Assembly: GCA_001438335.1 (NCBI GenBank)
Contig: LIBV01000001.1
Coordinates: forward strand, 1 to 39,080
Source: Pelagibacteraceae bacterium BACL5 MAG-120820-bin39
Lineage (GTDB): Bacteria; Pseudomonadota; Alphaproteobacteria; Pelagibacterales; Pelagibacteraceae
Length of the DNA stretch: 39,080 bases
Reading direction: 5' to 3'
Below are positions 9,396-20,406 of this stretch, piece after piece. Each line of letters begins with the position of its first letter. Position 1 is the first letter of the stretch. The notes beneath the pieces are model-generated. The model ran no database searches, had not been told where the DNA came from, and worked only from the letters and a program-made list of their open reading frames with translations. Made by a program: the position numbers and the translations under genes.

Positions 9396-9650
9396 ATGGC
9401 AACAAAAAAAGCAGGTGGATCATCCAGAAACGGTCGAGATAGTGCTGGCCGAAGACTTGGTGTAAAAAAATACGGTGGTGAAACTGTAATTCCTGGAAAT
9501 ATAATTGTAAGACAAAGAGGAACAAGAATTTTTCCTGGAGAAAACGTTGGAATGGGAAAAGATCATTCTATTTTTTCAGTAGTCAAAGGCAAAGTAGTAT
9601 TTAAAAAATCTAAATCAGATAGAACTTTCGTTTCAGTAAAACCCAATTAA
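9396..9650 (+). CDS. rpmA: 50S ribosomal protein L27
   Basis: [28 protein letters not shown]. Confidence 0.98.
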   Translation: MATKKAGGSSRNGRDSAGRRLGVKKYGGETVIPGNIIVRQRGTRIFPGENVGMGKDHSIFSVVKGKVVFKKSKSDRTFVSVKPN

Positions 9651-9677
9651 TAGTACAACTTAAATAGGTGTTGTATT

Positions 9678-10661
9678 ATGAAATTTTTAGATCAAGTTAA
9701 AATTTACGTAAAAGCTGGCAATGGTGGCGATGGCTCTCCTAGTTTCAGAAGAGAAAAATTTATTGAATACGGCGGCCCAGATGGAGGCGATGGTGGTAAA
9801 GGTGGTTCAGTAGTTTTAAAATCTGAACAAAACTTAAATACATTAATTGATTATCGGTATCAACAACACCATAAAGCTCAAAGAGGTGAAAACGGTTCTG
9901 GTCAAAACAGGACTGGTAAAGGTGGAGAAGATTTAATTTTAAAGGTTCCGATCGGTACACAAGTTTTTGAAGAAGATAATAAAACTCTTATTTATGACTT
10001 TAATAAAGAAGGTGAAGAATTTGTAGCTGCAGCAGGTGGCAAAGGTGGCTTAGGAAATACTAGATTTAAAAGTTCAACTAATAGAGCTCCTAAAAAATTT
10101 ACCAAAGGTTCTAAAGGTGAGGAATTTGTAATATGGTTACAACTTAAAACAATTGCAGATATTGGCATAATTGGTTTACCAAATGCCGGAAAATCTAGCT
10201 TGTTGGCTGCGGTAACAAATGCCAGTCCTAAAATAGCAAATTATAAATTTACAACACTTAATCCAAATTTAGGGGTTGCATCTTATGATGACAAAGAAAT
10301 CACACTTGCAGATATTCCTGGTCTTGTCGAAGGGGCACATGAAGGAGTTGGTTTAGGAATTCAATTTTTAAAACATATCGAAAGATGCAAATGCCTACTA
10401 CATTTGATTGATATTACCAATGTAGATTTAAATAATTCTTATAACCAAGTAAAAAAGGAATTAAAATCTTACAGTCCAGATCTCTTAAAGAAAAAAGAGT
10501 TAGTCGTGTTAAATAAAATTGATCTAGTAGACGAAGAAATGGTTAAAGAAATTTTGGAAGATTTTTCAAAAGATAAAAATGTAGAAGTTGTAACTTTAAC
10601 AACATTTGATAGAGATTCTATCTCTAAAATAAAGTCTAAATTAATCTCATATGCTGCTTAA
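9678..10661 (+). CDS. obgE: Obg-family GTPase
   Basis: Gly-rich Obg domain (FRREKFIEYGGPDGGDGG), GLPNAGKS, FTT, DIPG, NKID. Confidence 0.97.
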   Translation: MKFLDQVKIYVKAGNGGDGSPSFRREKFIEYGGPDGGDGGKGGSVVLKSEQNLNTLIDYRYQQHHKAQRGENGSGQNRTGKGGEDLILKVPIGTQVFEEDNKTLIYDFNKEGEEFVAAAGGKGGLGNTRFKSSTNRAPKKFTKGSKGEEFVIWLQLKTIADIGIIGLPNAGKSSLLAAVTNASPKIANYKFTTLNPNLGVASYDDKEITLADIPGLVEGAHEGVGLGIQFLKHIERCKCLLHLIDITNVDLNNSYNQVKKELKSYSPDLLKKKELVVLNKIDLVDEEMVKEILEDFSKDKNVEVVTLTTFDRDSISKIKSKLISYAA

Positions 10662-11760
10662 AGACTCTAAAATCACAGTTATCAAAATTGGATCATCATT
10701 ACTAGTAGATGACAATAAAAAAATCAAAAAAAAATGGCTATCTAGTTTTGCAGAAGATATTCAAAAACTTAAGTCAAAAAATCAAAAAATAATAATCGTC
10801 AGCTCAGGAGCTATTGCTCTTGGATGTATTAAAATGAATATTAACAAAAAAAATCTAAAATTAGATAAAAGCCAAGCAATTGCATCAATTGGGCAAATTG
10901 AATTAATGAATTTATTTTCTCAAACTTTTGAGAAACATCAGCTTAATATTTCACAAATATTACTTACCCTTGAAGATACAGAAGAAAGAAGAAGATCTCT
11001 TAATGCCAAAAGAACCTTTGAGAATCTTTTTGATTTAAATTTTATTCCAGTAGTTAATGAAAATGATACTATAGCAACTAGTGAAATAAAGTATGGTGAT
11101 AACGACAGATTAGCATCCCGTGTTGCTCAAATAACTAATGCCGATACATTGATTTTATTATCAGACGTAAATGGTCTTTATAATAAAAACCCTAAAATCC
11201 ATAAGGATGCCAAGCTGATAAAAAAAATTAATGATTTAAATAAATATTTAAAAAAAATAGATATTAAAGGTGTAAACGAATATGGCAGCGGAGGTATGCA
11301 TACAAAAATAGAGGCTGCAAAAATATGTCAGCTATCAGGATGTTCAATGGTAATTGCTAATGGTTTACATTTAAATCCAATTACAGAAATAATAAAAAAA
11401 AATAATTGCACCTGGTTTTTACCTAAAGTATCTAAATTAGATGCACGAAAAAAATGGATTATTAGTTCTATTTCTCCAAAAGGAGAATTAATAATTGATG
11501 ATGGTGCAAAAAAAGCACTCAAAAATGGTAAAAGCTTATTAGCAGCTGGAATTAAGAAAGTTTCTGGAAAATTTAAAAAAGGTGACCATATTAAAATTCT
11601 AGATAAAAAAAATAAAGAATTTGCTAGAGGCTTAAGTTCATTTTCATCTGAAGAAATTAATAAAATTTTAGGTCAACATTCTAAAGATATTGAAAGAATA
11701 TTGGGATATATTTCAAAATCTGAAGTTGTTCATAAAGATGATATGGTAAAAATTAAATGA
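10651..11760 (+). CDS. proB: Glutamate 5-kinase with PUA domain
   Basis: VIKIGSS, VSSGA, NENDT, GDNDRL, GGMHTK; C-terminal PUA domain. Confidence 0.96.
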   Translation: MLLKDSKITVIKIGSSLLVDDNKKIKKKWLSSFAEDIQKLKSKNQKIIIVSSGAIALGCIKMNINKKNLKLDKSQAIASIGQIELMNLFSQTFEKHQLNISQILLTLEDTEERRRSLNAKRTFENLFDLNFIPVVNENDTIATSEIKYGDNDRLASRVAQITNADTLILLSDVNGLYNKNPKIHKDAKLIKKINDLNKYLKKIDIKGVNEYGSGGMHTKIEAAKICQLSGCSMVIANGLHLNPITEIIKKNNCTWFLPKVSKLDARKKWIISSISPKGELIIDDGAKKALKNGKSLLAAGIKKVSGKFKKGDHIKILDKKNKEFARGLSSFSSEEINKILGQHSKDIERILGYISKSEVVHKDDMVKIK

Positions 11761-13007
11761 AAAATAAATTAATTCTTGTTGGCAAGAATGCAAGAAAAGC
11801 AGCCAATATAAAAATTAGCAAAAAAATTAAAAATAAAGTTTTAAATGATTATTGTAATCTATTATTAAAAAATAAAAAATTAATTATTAAAGAAAATTTA
11901 AAAGATATAAAAATAGCAACCCAAAAAAAAATAAAAGAAAATTTAATCAACAGATTAATTCTTAATGAAAAAAAAATATTACAAATAATTAAATCTCTTA
12001 AACAAATTATTAAACTCAAAGATCCTACCAACGAAGTTCTTGAAAAATGGAAAAGACCAAATGGATTAACAATTTCTAAGGTAACAATACCAATTGGAGT
12101 TATTGGGGTTATTTATGAGAGTAGGCCTAATGTAACTTGTGATGTTGCAGCATTATGCTTTAAGTCAGGCAATCCAGTTATTCTAAAAGGTGGTTCTGAA
12201 GCATTGAATTCAAATAAAATTTTGTCCAAATTTTTTAGAGTTGCATTAAAAAAAAATGGAATAAATGAAAATTTTATTCAATTGATAAACTCTAGAAAAA
12301 GAGAAGTTGTTGATTATTTGCTCACAAAAATGAAAAATTTTATTGATGTTATTATTCCTAGGGGAGGAAAAAGTTTAGTTAAAAAAGTTCAGCAATATTC
12401 TAATATCCCGGTTATTAGTCACTTAGAAGGAAACTGCCATACCTATGTTGACAAAGATGCTGATTTAAACATGGCAATCAAAATTGTTCACAATGCTAAA
12501 TTAAGAAATACAGCTATTTGTGGTGCAACAGAAACTATTTTATTTCACAAAAAAATTATAAATAAATTTGTTAATCCAGTTTTAAAAAAATTAGCCGATA
12601 ATGGTTGTAAAATAATTGCCGATACAGTTATAAAAAAAAGATACAAAGGTTTATCTATTAAGGCTACAAATAAAGATTGGTCCAAAGAATATTTGTCATC
12701 AGTAGTATCTGTTAAATCAGTAAATAATTTAGAAGATGCAATTAATCATATTAATACTTATGGCACTATGCATACAGACTCCATCATAACCCAAAATAAA
12801 AACACAGCTGATAATTTTTTAAAAAATGTAAAAAGCTCAATTGCAATGCATAATACATCTACACAATTTGCAGATGGTGGAGAATTTGGTTTTGGTGGTG
12901 AAGTTGGAATATCTACTAATACGTTGCCACCGAGAGGACCTGTTGGTCTAAATCAATTAGTTTCTTATAAATACAAAGTCACCAGCAATGGACAAATAAG
13001 GGATTAA
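11757..13007 (+). CDS. proA: Gamma-glutamyl phosphate reductase
   Basis: IYESRPNVT, LKGGSEA, PRGG, CGATET, NTSTQFADGGEFGFGGEVGIST..RGPVGL. Confidence 0.96.
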   Translation: MKNKLILVGKNARKAANIKISKKIKNKVLNDYCNLLLKNKKLIIKENLKDIKIATQKKIKENLINRLILNEKKILQIIKSLKQIIKLKDPTNEVLEKWKRPNGLTISKVTIPIGVIGVIYESRPNVTCDVAALCFKSGNPVILKGGSEALNSNKILSKFFRVALKKNGINENFIQLINSRKREVVDYLLTKMKNFIDVIIPRGGKSLVKKVQQYSNIPVISHLEGNCHTYVDKDADLNMAIKIVHNAKLRNTAICGATETILFHKKIINKFVNPVLKKLADNGCKIIADTVIKKRYKGLSIKATNKDWSKEYLSSVVSVKSVNNLEDAINHINTYGTMHTDSIITQNKNTADNFLKNVKSSIAMHNTSTQFADGGEFGFGGEVGISTNTLPPRGPVGLNQLVSYKYKVTSNGQIRD

Positions 13008-13008
13008 T

Positions 13009-13530
13009 TTGAATATTAAAAAAATTAAAATTGGCGTATTGGGTGGGTCCTTCGATCCTGCCCATAAAGGTCACCTGGCTATTTCAAAAGAGGCCAAGAA
13101 ACTTTTCAAATTAAAATATGTTATATGGGCAGTCACTGAAAAAAATCCTTTTAAAATAAATAATCCAAAAAATTTAATCGAAAGAATTAAAAATTGTAAA
13201 AAAATTATAAAACTAAATAATTTTATTAAAGTTAAATTTTATGAAAATGATATAAAATCCAACAAAACGATTGACTTAGTAAATCATTTAAAAAAAAACC
13301 CAAAATATGAAGTTTATTTTTTGATGGGAGCAGACAATTTAATTAACTTTCATAAATGGCATAAATGGAAATTAATTTCACAAAAGTGTAATATTGTGGT
13401 TTTTGATAGACAGGGCTATAAAAAAAAATCATTAAAATCAAAGGCATTTAAAACGTTGGATAATAATGTATTAACTTTTGTTAAATTTAATAAAGTCAAC
13501 ATTTCGTCTTCTCAATTAAGAAAAATTTGA
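13009..13530 (+). CDS. nadD: Nicotinate-nucleotide adenylyltransferase
   Basis: GGSFDPAHKGH (HxGH), MGADN..FHKW, ISSSQLR; between proA and rsfS. TTG start. Confidence 0.92.
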   Translation: MNIKKIKIGVLGGSFDPAHKGHLAISKEAKKLFKLKYVIWAVTEKNPFKINNPKNLIERIKNCKKIIKLNNFIKVKFYENDIKSNKTIDLVNHLKKNPKYEVYFLMGADNLINFHKWHKWKLISQKCNIVVFDRQGYKKKSLKSKAFKTLDNNVLTFVKFNKVNISSSQLRKI

Positions 13531-13547
13531 TACTGTAAAACTAATTA

Positions 13548-13898
13548 ATGGATAAAACTTCAGATCTTAAAGAAATCATCATTCAAACTTTAGACTCTAA
13601 CAAAGCTCAAGATATTGTTACCATAGACCTTAAAGATAAAAGTTCTATGGCAGATTATATGATAATAGCAAGTGGTACATCTTCAAGACATATTCAATCA
13701 TTATCAGAACAGGTTTTAGAAAAATTAAAAGATAATGGAATTAAAAATTCTAAAATTGAAGGTAAAGAAAGTACTGAGTGGAAATTGGTAGATGGTATAG
13801 ATTTAATAGTTCATATCTTTCATCCTGAAAAAAGAAAATTTTATGAGTTAGAAAAAATATGGTCTGAATTAATACCTAAAGAAAAAGTAATGATATGA
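13548..13898 (+). CDS. rsfS: Ribosome silencing factor (iojap)
   Basis: KAQDI, DYMIIASG.S.RH, W.LVD..D.IVHIF..R.FY.LE.IW. Confidence 0.95.
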   Translation: MDKTSDLKEIIIQTLDSNKAQDIVTIDLKDKSSMADYMIIASGTSSRHIQSLSEQVLEKLKDNGIKNSKIEGKESTEWKLVDGIDLIVHIFHPEKRKFYELEKIWSELIPKEKVMI

Positions 13899-15034
13899 AA
13901 AAATTTAAACTAATAATATTTTTTTTAATTATTCACATAAGTTTTTTTCAAATTTCTCATTCAGTAGAAAATGAAATTTATAAAAAAATAGATTTATTTG
14001 GAGAAGTTTTAGAAAAAATTAATAAAGAATATGTGGATGAAATTAATCAATCAGAAAGTATGGACTCTGCAATTAATGGTCTTTTACAATCACTAGATCC
14101 TTACTCGGCATATATGACACCTGAGATTTTTGAAGAAATGCAAACAGAAACAAGTGGTGAATTTGGTGGACTTGGAATTGAAGTTGGCATGGAAGCGGGA
14201 GTAGTCAAAGTCATAACTCCAATGGATGGTACGCCTGCAGATAAGGCTGGTATAAAAGCTGGAGATTATATCGTAAAAATAAATGATACTCAGGTTCAAG
14301 GAAAATCTTTAAGTGAAGCTGTTGATTTAATGAGAGGACCTGTTGGATCTTCTATCGAATTGACGGTTAGAAGAAGAGGTGAAAAAAAAGCACTTACATT
14401 TAATATCACTAGAGAAATAATTGAAGTCCAATCAGTAAAATCTGATTTATTAGATAATAACATAGGCTATATAAGACTAACGTCTTTCAATGACAATAGT
14501 GGAGAGCAAATAGAAGATAAAATTAAAGAATTAAATAAAAACGATAATTTAAATGCTTACATTTTAGATTTAAGAAACAATCCAGGTGGATTGTTATCTC
14601 AAGCGATTAAAATTTCTGATTTTTTTTTAGATAATGGAGAAATAGTATCAACAAAAAGTCGCAAAGCTTCTGAAAATAGAAAATGGTTTGCCAAAAAAGG
14701 TGATATCACAGACGGTAAAACTTTAGTTGTATTAATTAATTATGGCTCCGCATCTGCTTCAGAAATTGTTGCTGGAGCATTAAAAGATCATAAGCGTGCA
14801 ATAATATTGGGCGAAAGAAGTTATGGAAAAGGATCGGTGCAATCAATAATTCCATTAAAAAATAGAGGCGCCATTAGATTAACAGTTGCAAAGTATTATT
14901 TACCCTCTGGAAAATCAATTTCTGAAGTTGGAGTTACACCAGACATAGAGGTTGTTGAAGATTCCGATGAATTTAGAATTAAAACTGAAACAGACAATCA
15001 GTTAAGTTACGCCATAAAATTATTAAACGGCTAA
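13895..15034 (+). CDS. ctpA: S41 carboxy-terminal processing protease (signal peptide, PDZ, protease domain)
   Basis: LDPYS, FGGLGI (PDZ), DLRNNPGG, SASASE (Ser), GKGSVQ (Lys). Confidence 0.93.
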   Translation: MKKFKLIIFFLIIHISFFQISHSVENEIYKKIDLFGEVLEKINKEYVDEINQSESMDSAINGLLQSLDPYSAYMTPEIFEEMQTETSGEFGGLGIEVGMEAGVVKVITPMDGTPADKAGIKAGDYIVKINDTQVQGKSLSEAVDLMRGPVGSSIELTVRRRGEKKALTFNITREIIEVQSVKSDLLDNNIGYIRLTSFNDNSGEQIEDKIKELNKNDNLNAYILDLRNNPGGLLSQAIKISDFFLDNGEIVSTKSRKASENRKWFAKKGDITDGKTLVVLINYGSASASEIVAGALKDHKRAIILGERSYGKGSVQSIIPLKNRGAIRLTVAKYYLPSGKSISEVGVTPDIEVVEDSDEFRIKTETDNQLSYAIKLLNG

Positions 15035-15035
15035 G

Positions 15036-15512
15036 ATGGATGAGAGATTTAAAAATTTACCGCTGCGAAGTGGAGTAGGTATTATTGTTGTAAATAAAGA
15101 TAATAAGGTTTTTGTCGCAAAAAGAATAGACAATCCCAAAGATTATTGGCAAATGCCTCAGGGAGGAGTTGATGAAGGAGAAGATTTTCTAACAGCTGCT
15201 TTTAGAGAGCTTGAGGAAGAAACTTCAATCAAAAATGTAAAGCTTATTAAAGAAATTGATGAAATGATTTCTTACGAGCTACCAAAAAATTTACTTGGAA
15301 TTATATGGAAAGGTAAATTTAGAGGTCAAAAACAAAAATGGTTTCTAATGAGATATCTTGGAAAAGATGAAGATATAAATATTAAAACAAAAAAGCCTGA
15401 ATTTTTAGATTGGAAATGGATAGAATTAGATGAAATTACCAATGTTGTAGTGGACTTTAAGCTTCATGTTTATCAATTACTTAAAGAAAAAGTAAAAAAA
15501 ATAATTAATTAA
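15036..15512 (+). CDS. rppH: RNA pyrophosphohydrolase (Nudix)
   Basis: WQMPQGGVDEGE...AFRELEEET Nudix box, GQKQKWF, PEF..WKW. Confidence 0.93.
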   Translation: MDERFKNLPLRSGVGIIVVNKDNKVFVAKRIDNPKDYWQMPQGGVDEGEDFLTAAFRELEEETSIKNVKLIKEIDEMISYELPKNLLGIIWKGKFRGQKQKWFLMRYLGKDEDINIKTKKPEFLDWKWIELDEITNVVVDFKLHVYQLLKEKVKKIIN

Positions 15513-15896
15513 TAGATTTCAAAACTTCTATTTTTTGATCAGCTAAATATTTTGTTTGATCATTGATTTCGGCTTTTGAATTTACTTCTTCCGCCTGTTT
15601 TAATAATTCATCTATTTTGTTTTTGTCTAAATCTTTAAGATTTATAATTGAACTAGTTAAAATAGATAAATTATTGTCTTTAAACTCTATAATACCATCA
15701 TCGACATAAAATTTTTCCTCAACAGATTTGGTGATAACTTTAATGATCCCTGGTTTTAAAAAAGAAATAATAGAAATATGGTCTTTAAGTATTCCTATTT
15801 CACCTTCATAGGCAGGTACAACTACTTCTGTAACATCTTCTTTTAAAAGAAAAGATTTTTCTGGATTTACAATTTCTATTTTAAACTCTTCGCTCA

Positions 15897-15897
<1 letters not shown>
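15505..15897 (-). CDS. atpC: F1 ATP synthase epsilon subunit
   Basis: IVNPEK, VPAYEGEIGILKDH, LKPG; follows atpD. Confidence 0.93.
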
Positions 15898-18193
<2,296 letters not shown>

Positions 18194-18200
18194 ACTTTAT

Positions 18201-19736
18201 TTAAGATTTGAAATTTTGTTTAAGTTGAGTAATTACTTCAATTAACATTTTTTCTGTATCTTCCTCTAATTTTCCAGTACTTAAAATAGAGCTTAAAATT
18301 TCAGGTTTTTCAGATTTACACTTATCTATAATTTTTCTTTCAAACTCTGCAATATCTTTCAGCTCAACATTATCTAGGTAGCCTTTAACCCCACAAAATA
18401 CTGAAATAACTTGTTCAGCTACAGTCAAAGGTGAATATTGTTTTTGTTTTAAAAGCTCAGTTAATTTTGAACCTCTGTTTAATAATTGTTGCGTTGAAGC
18501 ATCTAAATCAGATCCAAACTGTGCAAAAGCAGCCATCTCTCTATATTGGGCTAACTCTAATTTCATAGATCCTGAAACTTTTTTCATCGCTTTTGTTTGA
18601 GCGGCTGATCCAACCCTTGATACTGATAATCCAACGTTAATTGCTGGTCTAATACCTTGGTTAAAAAGTTGTGTTTCTAAAAAAATCTGACCATCTGTAA
18701 TTGAGATTACGTTAGTTGGAATAAATGCCGAAACGTCACCCCCTTGAGTTTCAATAATCGGAAGTGCTGTTAAAGAACCGCCACCATGCTCATCACTCAA
18801 TTTAGCTGCTCTTTCAAGTAATCTGCTATGAAGATAAAATACATCTCCTGGATAGGCTTCTCTTCCTGGAGGTCTTCTTAAAAGTAGCGACATTTGTCTA
18901 TAAGCTACAGCTTGTTTTGACAAATCATCATAAATTATCAGAGCATGCATACCATTATCTCTAAAATATTCTCCCATTGTGCATCCAGTATAAGGAGCTA
19001 AAAATTGCAAAGGAGCTGAGTCAGAAGCTGTTGCAGCTACAATAGTAGTGTATTCCATAGCCCCAGCTTCTTCTAAAGTTTTTTGAATTTGTCTTACTGT
19101 TGATCGTTTTTGTCCAATAGCAACGTAAATACAATAAAGCTTTTGTTTCTCATCACCAGATTCATTTATTTTTTTTTGGTTAATTATTGCATCAATCGCA
19201 ACTGCTGTTTTTCCAGTTTGTCTATCTCCAATAATTAATTCCCTTTGACCTCTTCCAATTGGGACAAGACTGTCAATTGATTTTAATCCTGTTTGCATAG
19301 GTTCGCTAACTGATTGTCTTGGAATAATACCTGGAGCTTTTACCTCTACTCGACTTTTTTTAATACCTTTATCTAATGCTCCTTTACCATCTATTGGATT
19401 TCCTAATCCATCAACCACTCTACCTAATAACTCTTTTCCGACTGGAGTATCAACGATGTTTCCAGTTCTTTTTACAACATCTCCTTCTTTGATATTTCTG
19501 TCATCTCCAAAAATTACAACACCTACATTCTCGCTCTCTAAGTTTAGAGCCATTCCTTTTGATCCGTCTGCAAATTCAACCATTTCTCCAGCCTGAACAT
19601 TATCAAGTCCATAAATCCTTGCGATACCATCTCCAACAGATAAAACTTGTCCTACTTCTGTGACTTCTGCTTTATCACCGAAATTCTTAATTTGCTCTTT
19701 TAATATCTTTGTTACTTCTGAAGGGTTTATTTCCAT
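18201..19736 (-). CDS. atpA: F1 ATP synthase alpha subunit
   Basis: [29 protein letters not shown]. Confidence 0.99.
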   Translation of the reverse strand: MEINPSEVTKILKEQIKNFGDKAEVTEVGQVLSVGDGIARIYGLDNVQAGEMVEFADGSKGMALNLESENVGVVIFGDDRNIKEGDVVKRTGNIVDTPVGKELLGRVVDGLGNPIDGKGALDKGIKKSRVEVKAPGIIPRQSVSEPMQTGLKSIDSLVPIGRGQRELIIGDRQTGKTAVAIDAIINQKKINESGDEKQKLYCIYVAIGQKRSTVRQIQKTLEEAGAMEYTTIVAATASDSAPLQFLAPYTGCTMGEYFRDNGMHALIIYDDLSKQAVAYRQMSLLLRRPPGREAYPGDVFYLHSRLLERAAKLSDEHGGGSLTALPIIETQGGDVSAFIPTNVISITDGQIFLETQLFNQGIRPAINVGLSVSRVGSAAQTKAMKKVSGSMKLELAQYREMAAFAQFGSDLDASTQQLLNRGSKLTELLKQKQYSPLTVAEQVISVFCGVKGYLDNVELKDIAEFERKIIDKCKSEKPEILSSILSTGKLEEDTEKMLIEVITQLKQNFKS

Positions 19737-20294
19737 TTATGCCTCTATCATTCTATTTTGGATTTGTTGTAATTTATTTTTAATGGAAGTATCAACCATT
19801 GTACTACCTACTTGTACGATCAAACCTCCAATTAAACTCTTATCATGTTTGTAGTTTAATTTTATTTTAGAACTAAAATTTTGAGTAAGCTCATTTGTAA
19901 TATTTTGAATTTCTTGACTTGAAAGTTCTTTGGCTGACTTTAATTCAGCTTTAAGTTCTCCTCTTTTTTTAGAACAAATTTCTACAAAACTTTTTAATAT
20001 CTGTTCCACGAAAAAAAATCTTCTCTTTGTAATCAAGAAGTTTAAAAAATTCTTAAATAAATTTTCTAATTTATTTTGTTCTGATAATTTTGATATTACC
20101 GTAATTAAATCATTTTTATTTGAGGTTGGATCTTTGATAAAATTTTTAAAATCATTACTTGATTTTATTAGATTTATTATAGCAATTGCCTGATCTTCAA
20201 TTTGACTGATTAAGTTACCTTCAGACGCAAGCTCATAAAGCGCTAAAGAGTATCTATTAGCTGATGTGTTAGAAAATCCTTTATTTTTACTCAA
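19737..20294 (-). CDS. atpH: F1 ATP synthase delta subunit
   Basis: RYSLAL, LIGGLIVQVGSTMVDTS; TTG start preceded by GAGG. Confidence 0.95.
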   Translation of the reverse strand: MSKNKGFSNTSANRYSLALYELASEGNLISQIEDQAIAIINLIKSSNDFKNFIKDPTSNKNDLITVISKLSEQNKLENLFKNFLNFLITKRRFFFVEQILKSFVEICSKKRGELKAELKSAKELSSQEIQNITNELTQNFSSKIKLNYKHDKSLIGGLIVQVGSTMVDTSIKNKLQQIQNRMIEA

Positions 20295-20339
20295 CTTATT
20301 ACCTCTAAAATTAATGAAGATTAATTTAAAAACACGGTT

Positions 20340-20368
20340 TAATTAACATATGACCCTAATGTCTTCAA
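20340..20368 (-). promoter_or_regulatory. Putative promoter of atpHAGDC
   Basis: Minus strand TTGAAG (20368-20363), 17 nt, TAATTA (20345-20340) in the 110-bp priA-atpH gap. Confidence 0.45.
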
Positions 20369-20382
20369 GTAGCACATTAGTT

Positions 20383-20406
20383 AAAAAATCCTTTTTTTTA
20401 AGGATT
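20383..20406 (-). terminator. Weak intrinsic terminator-like hairpin after priA
   Basis: Minus strand AATCCTT-AAAAAA-AAGGATT followed by TTTT, overlapping the priA stop codon. Confidence 0.45.
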
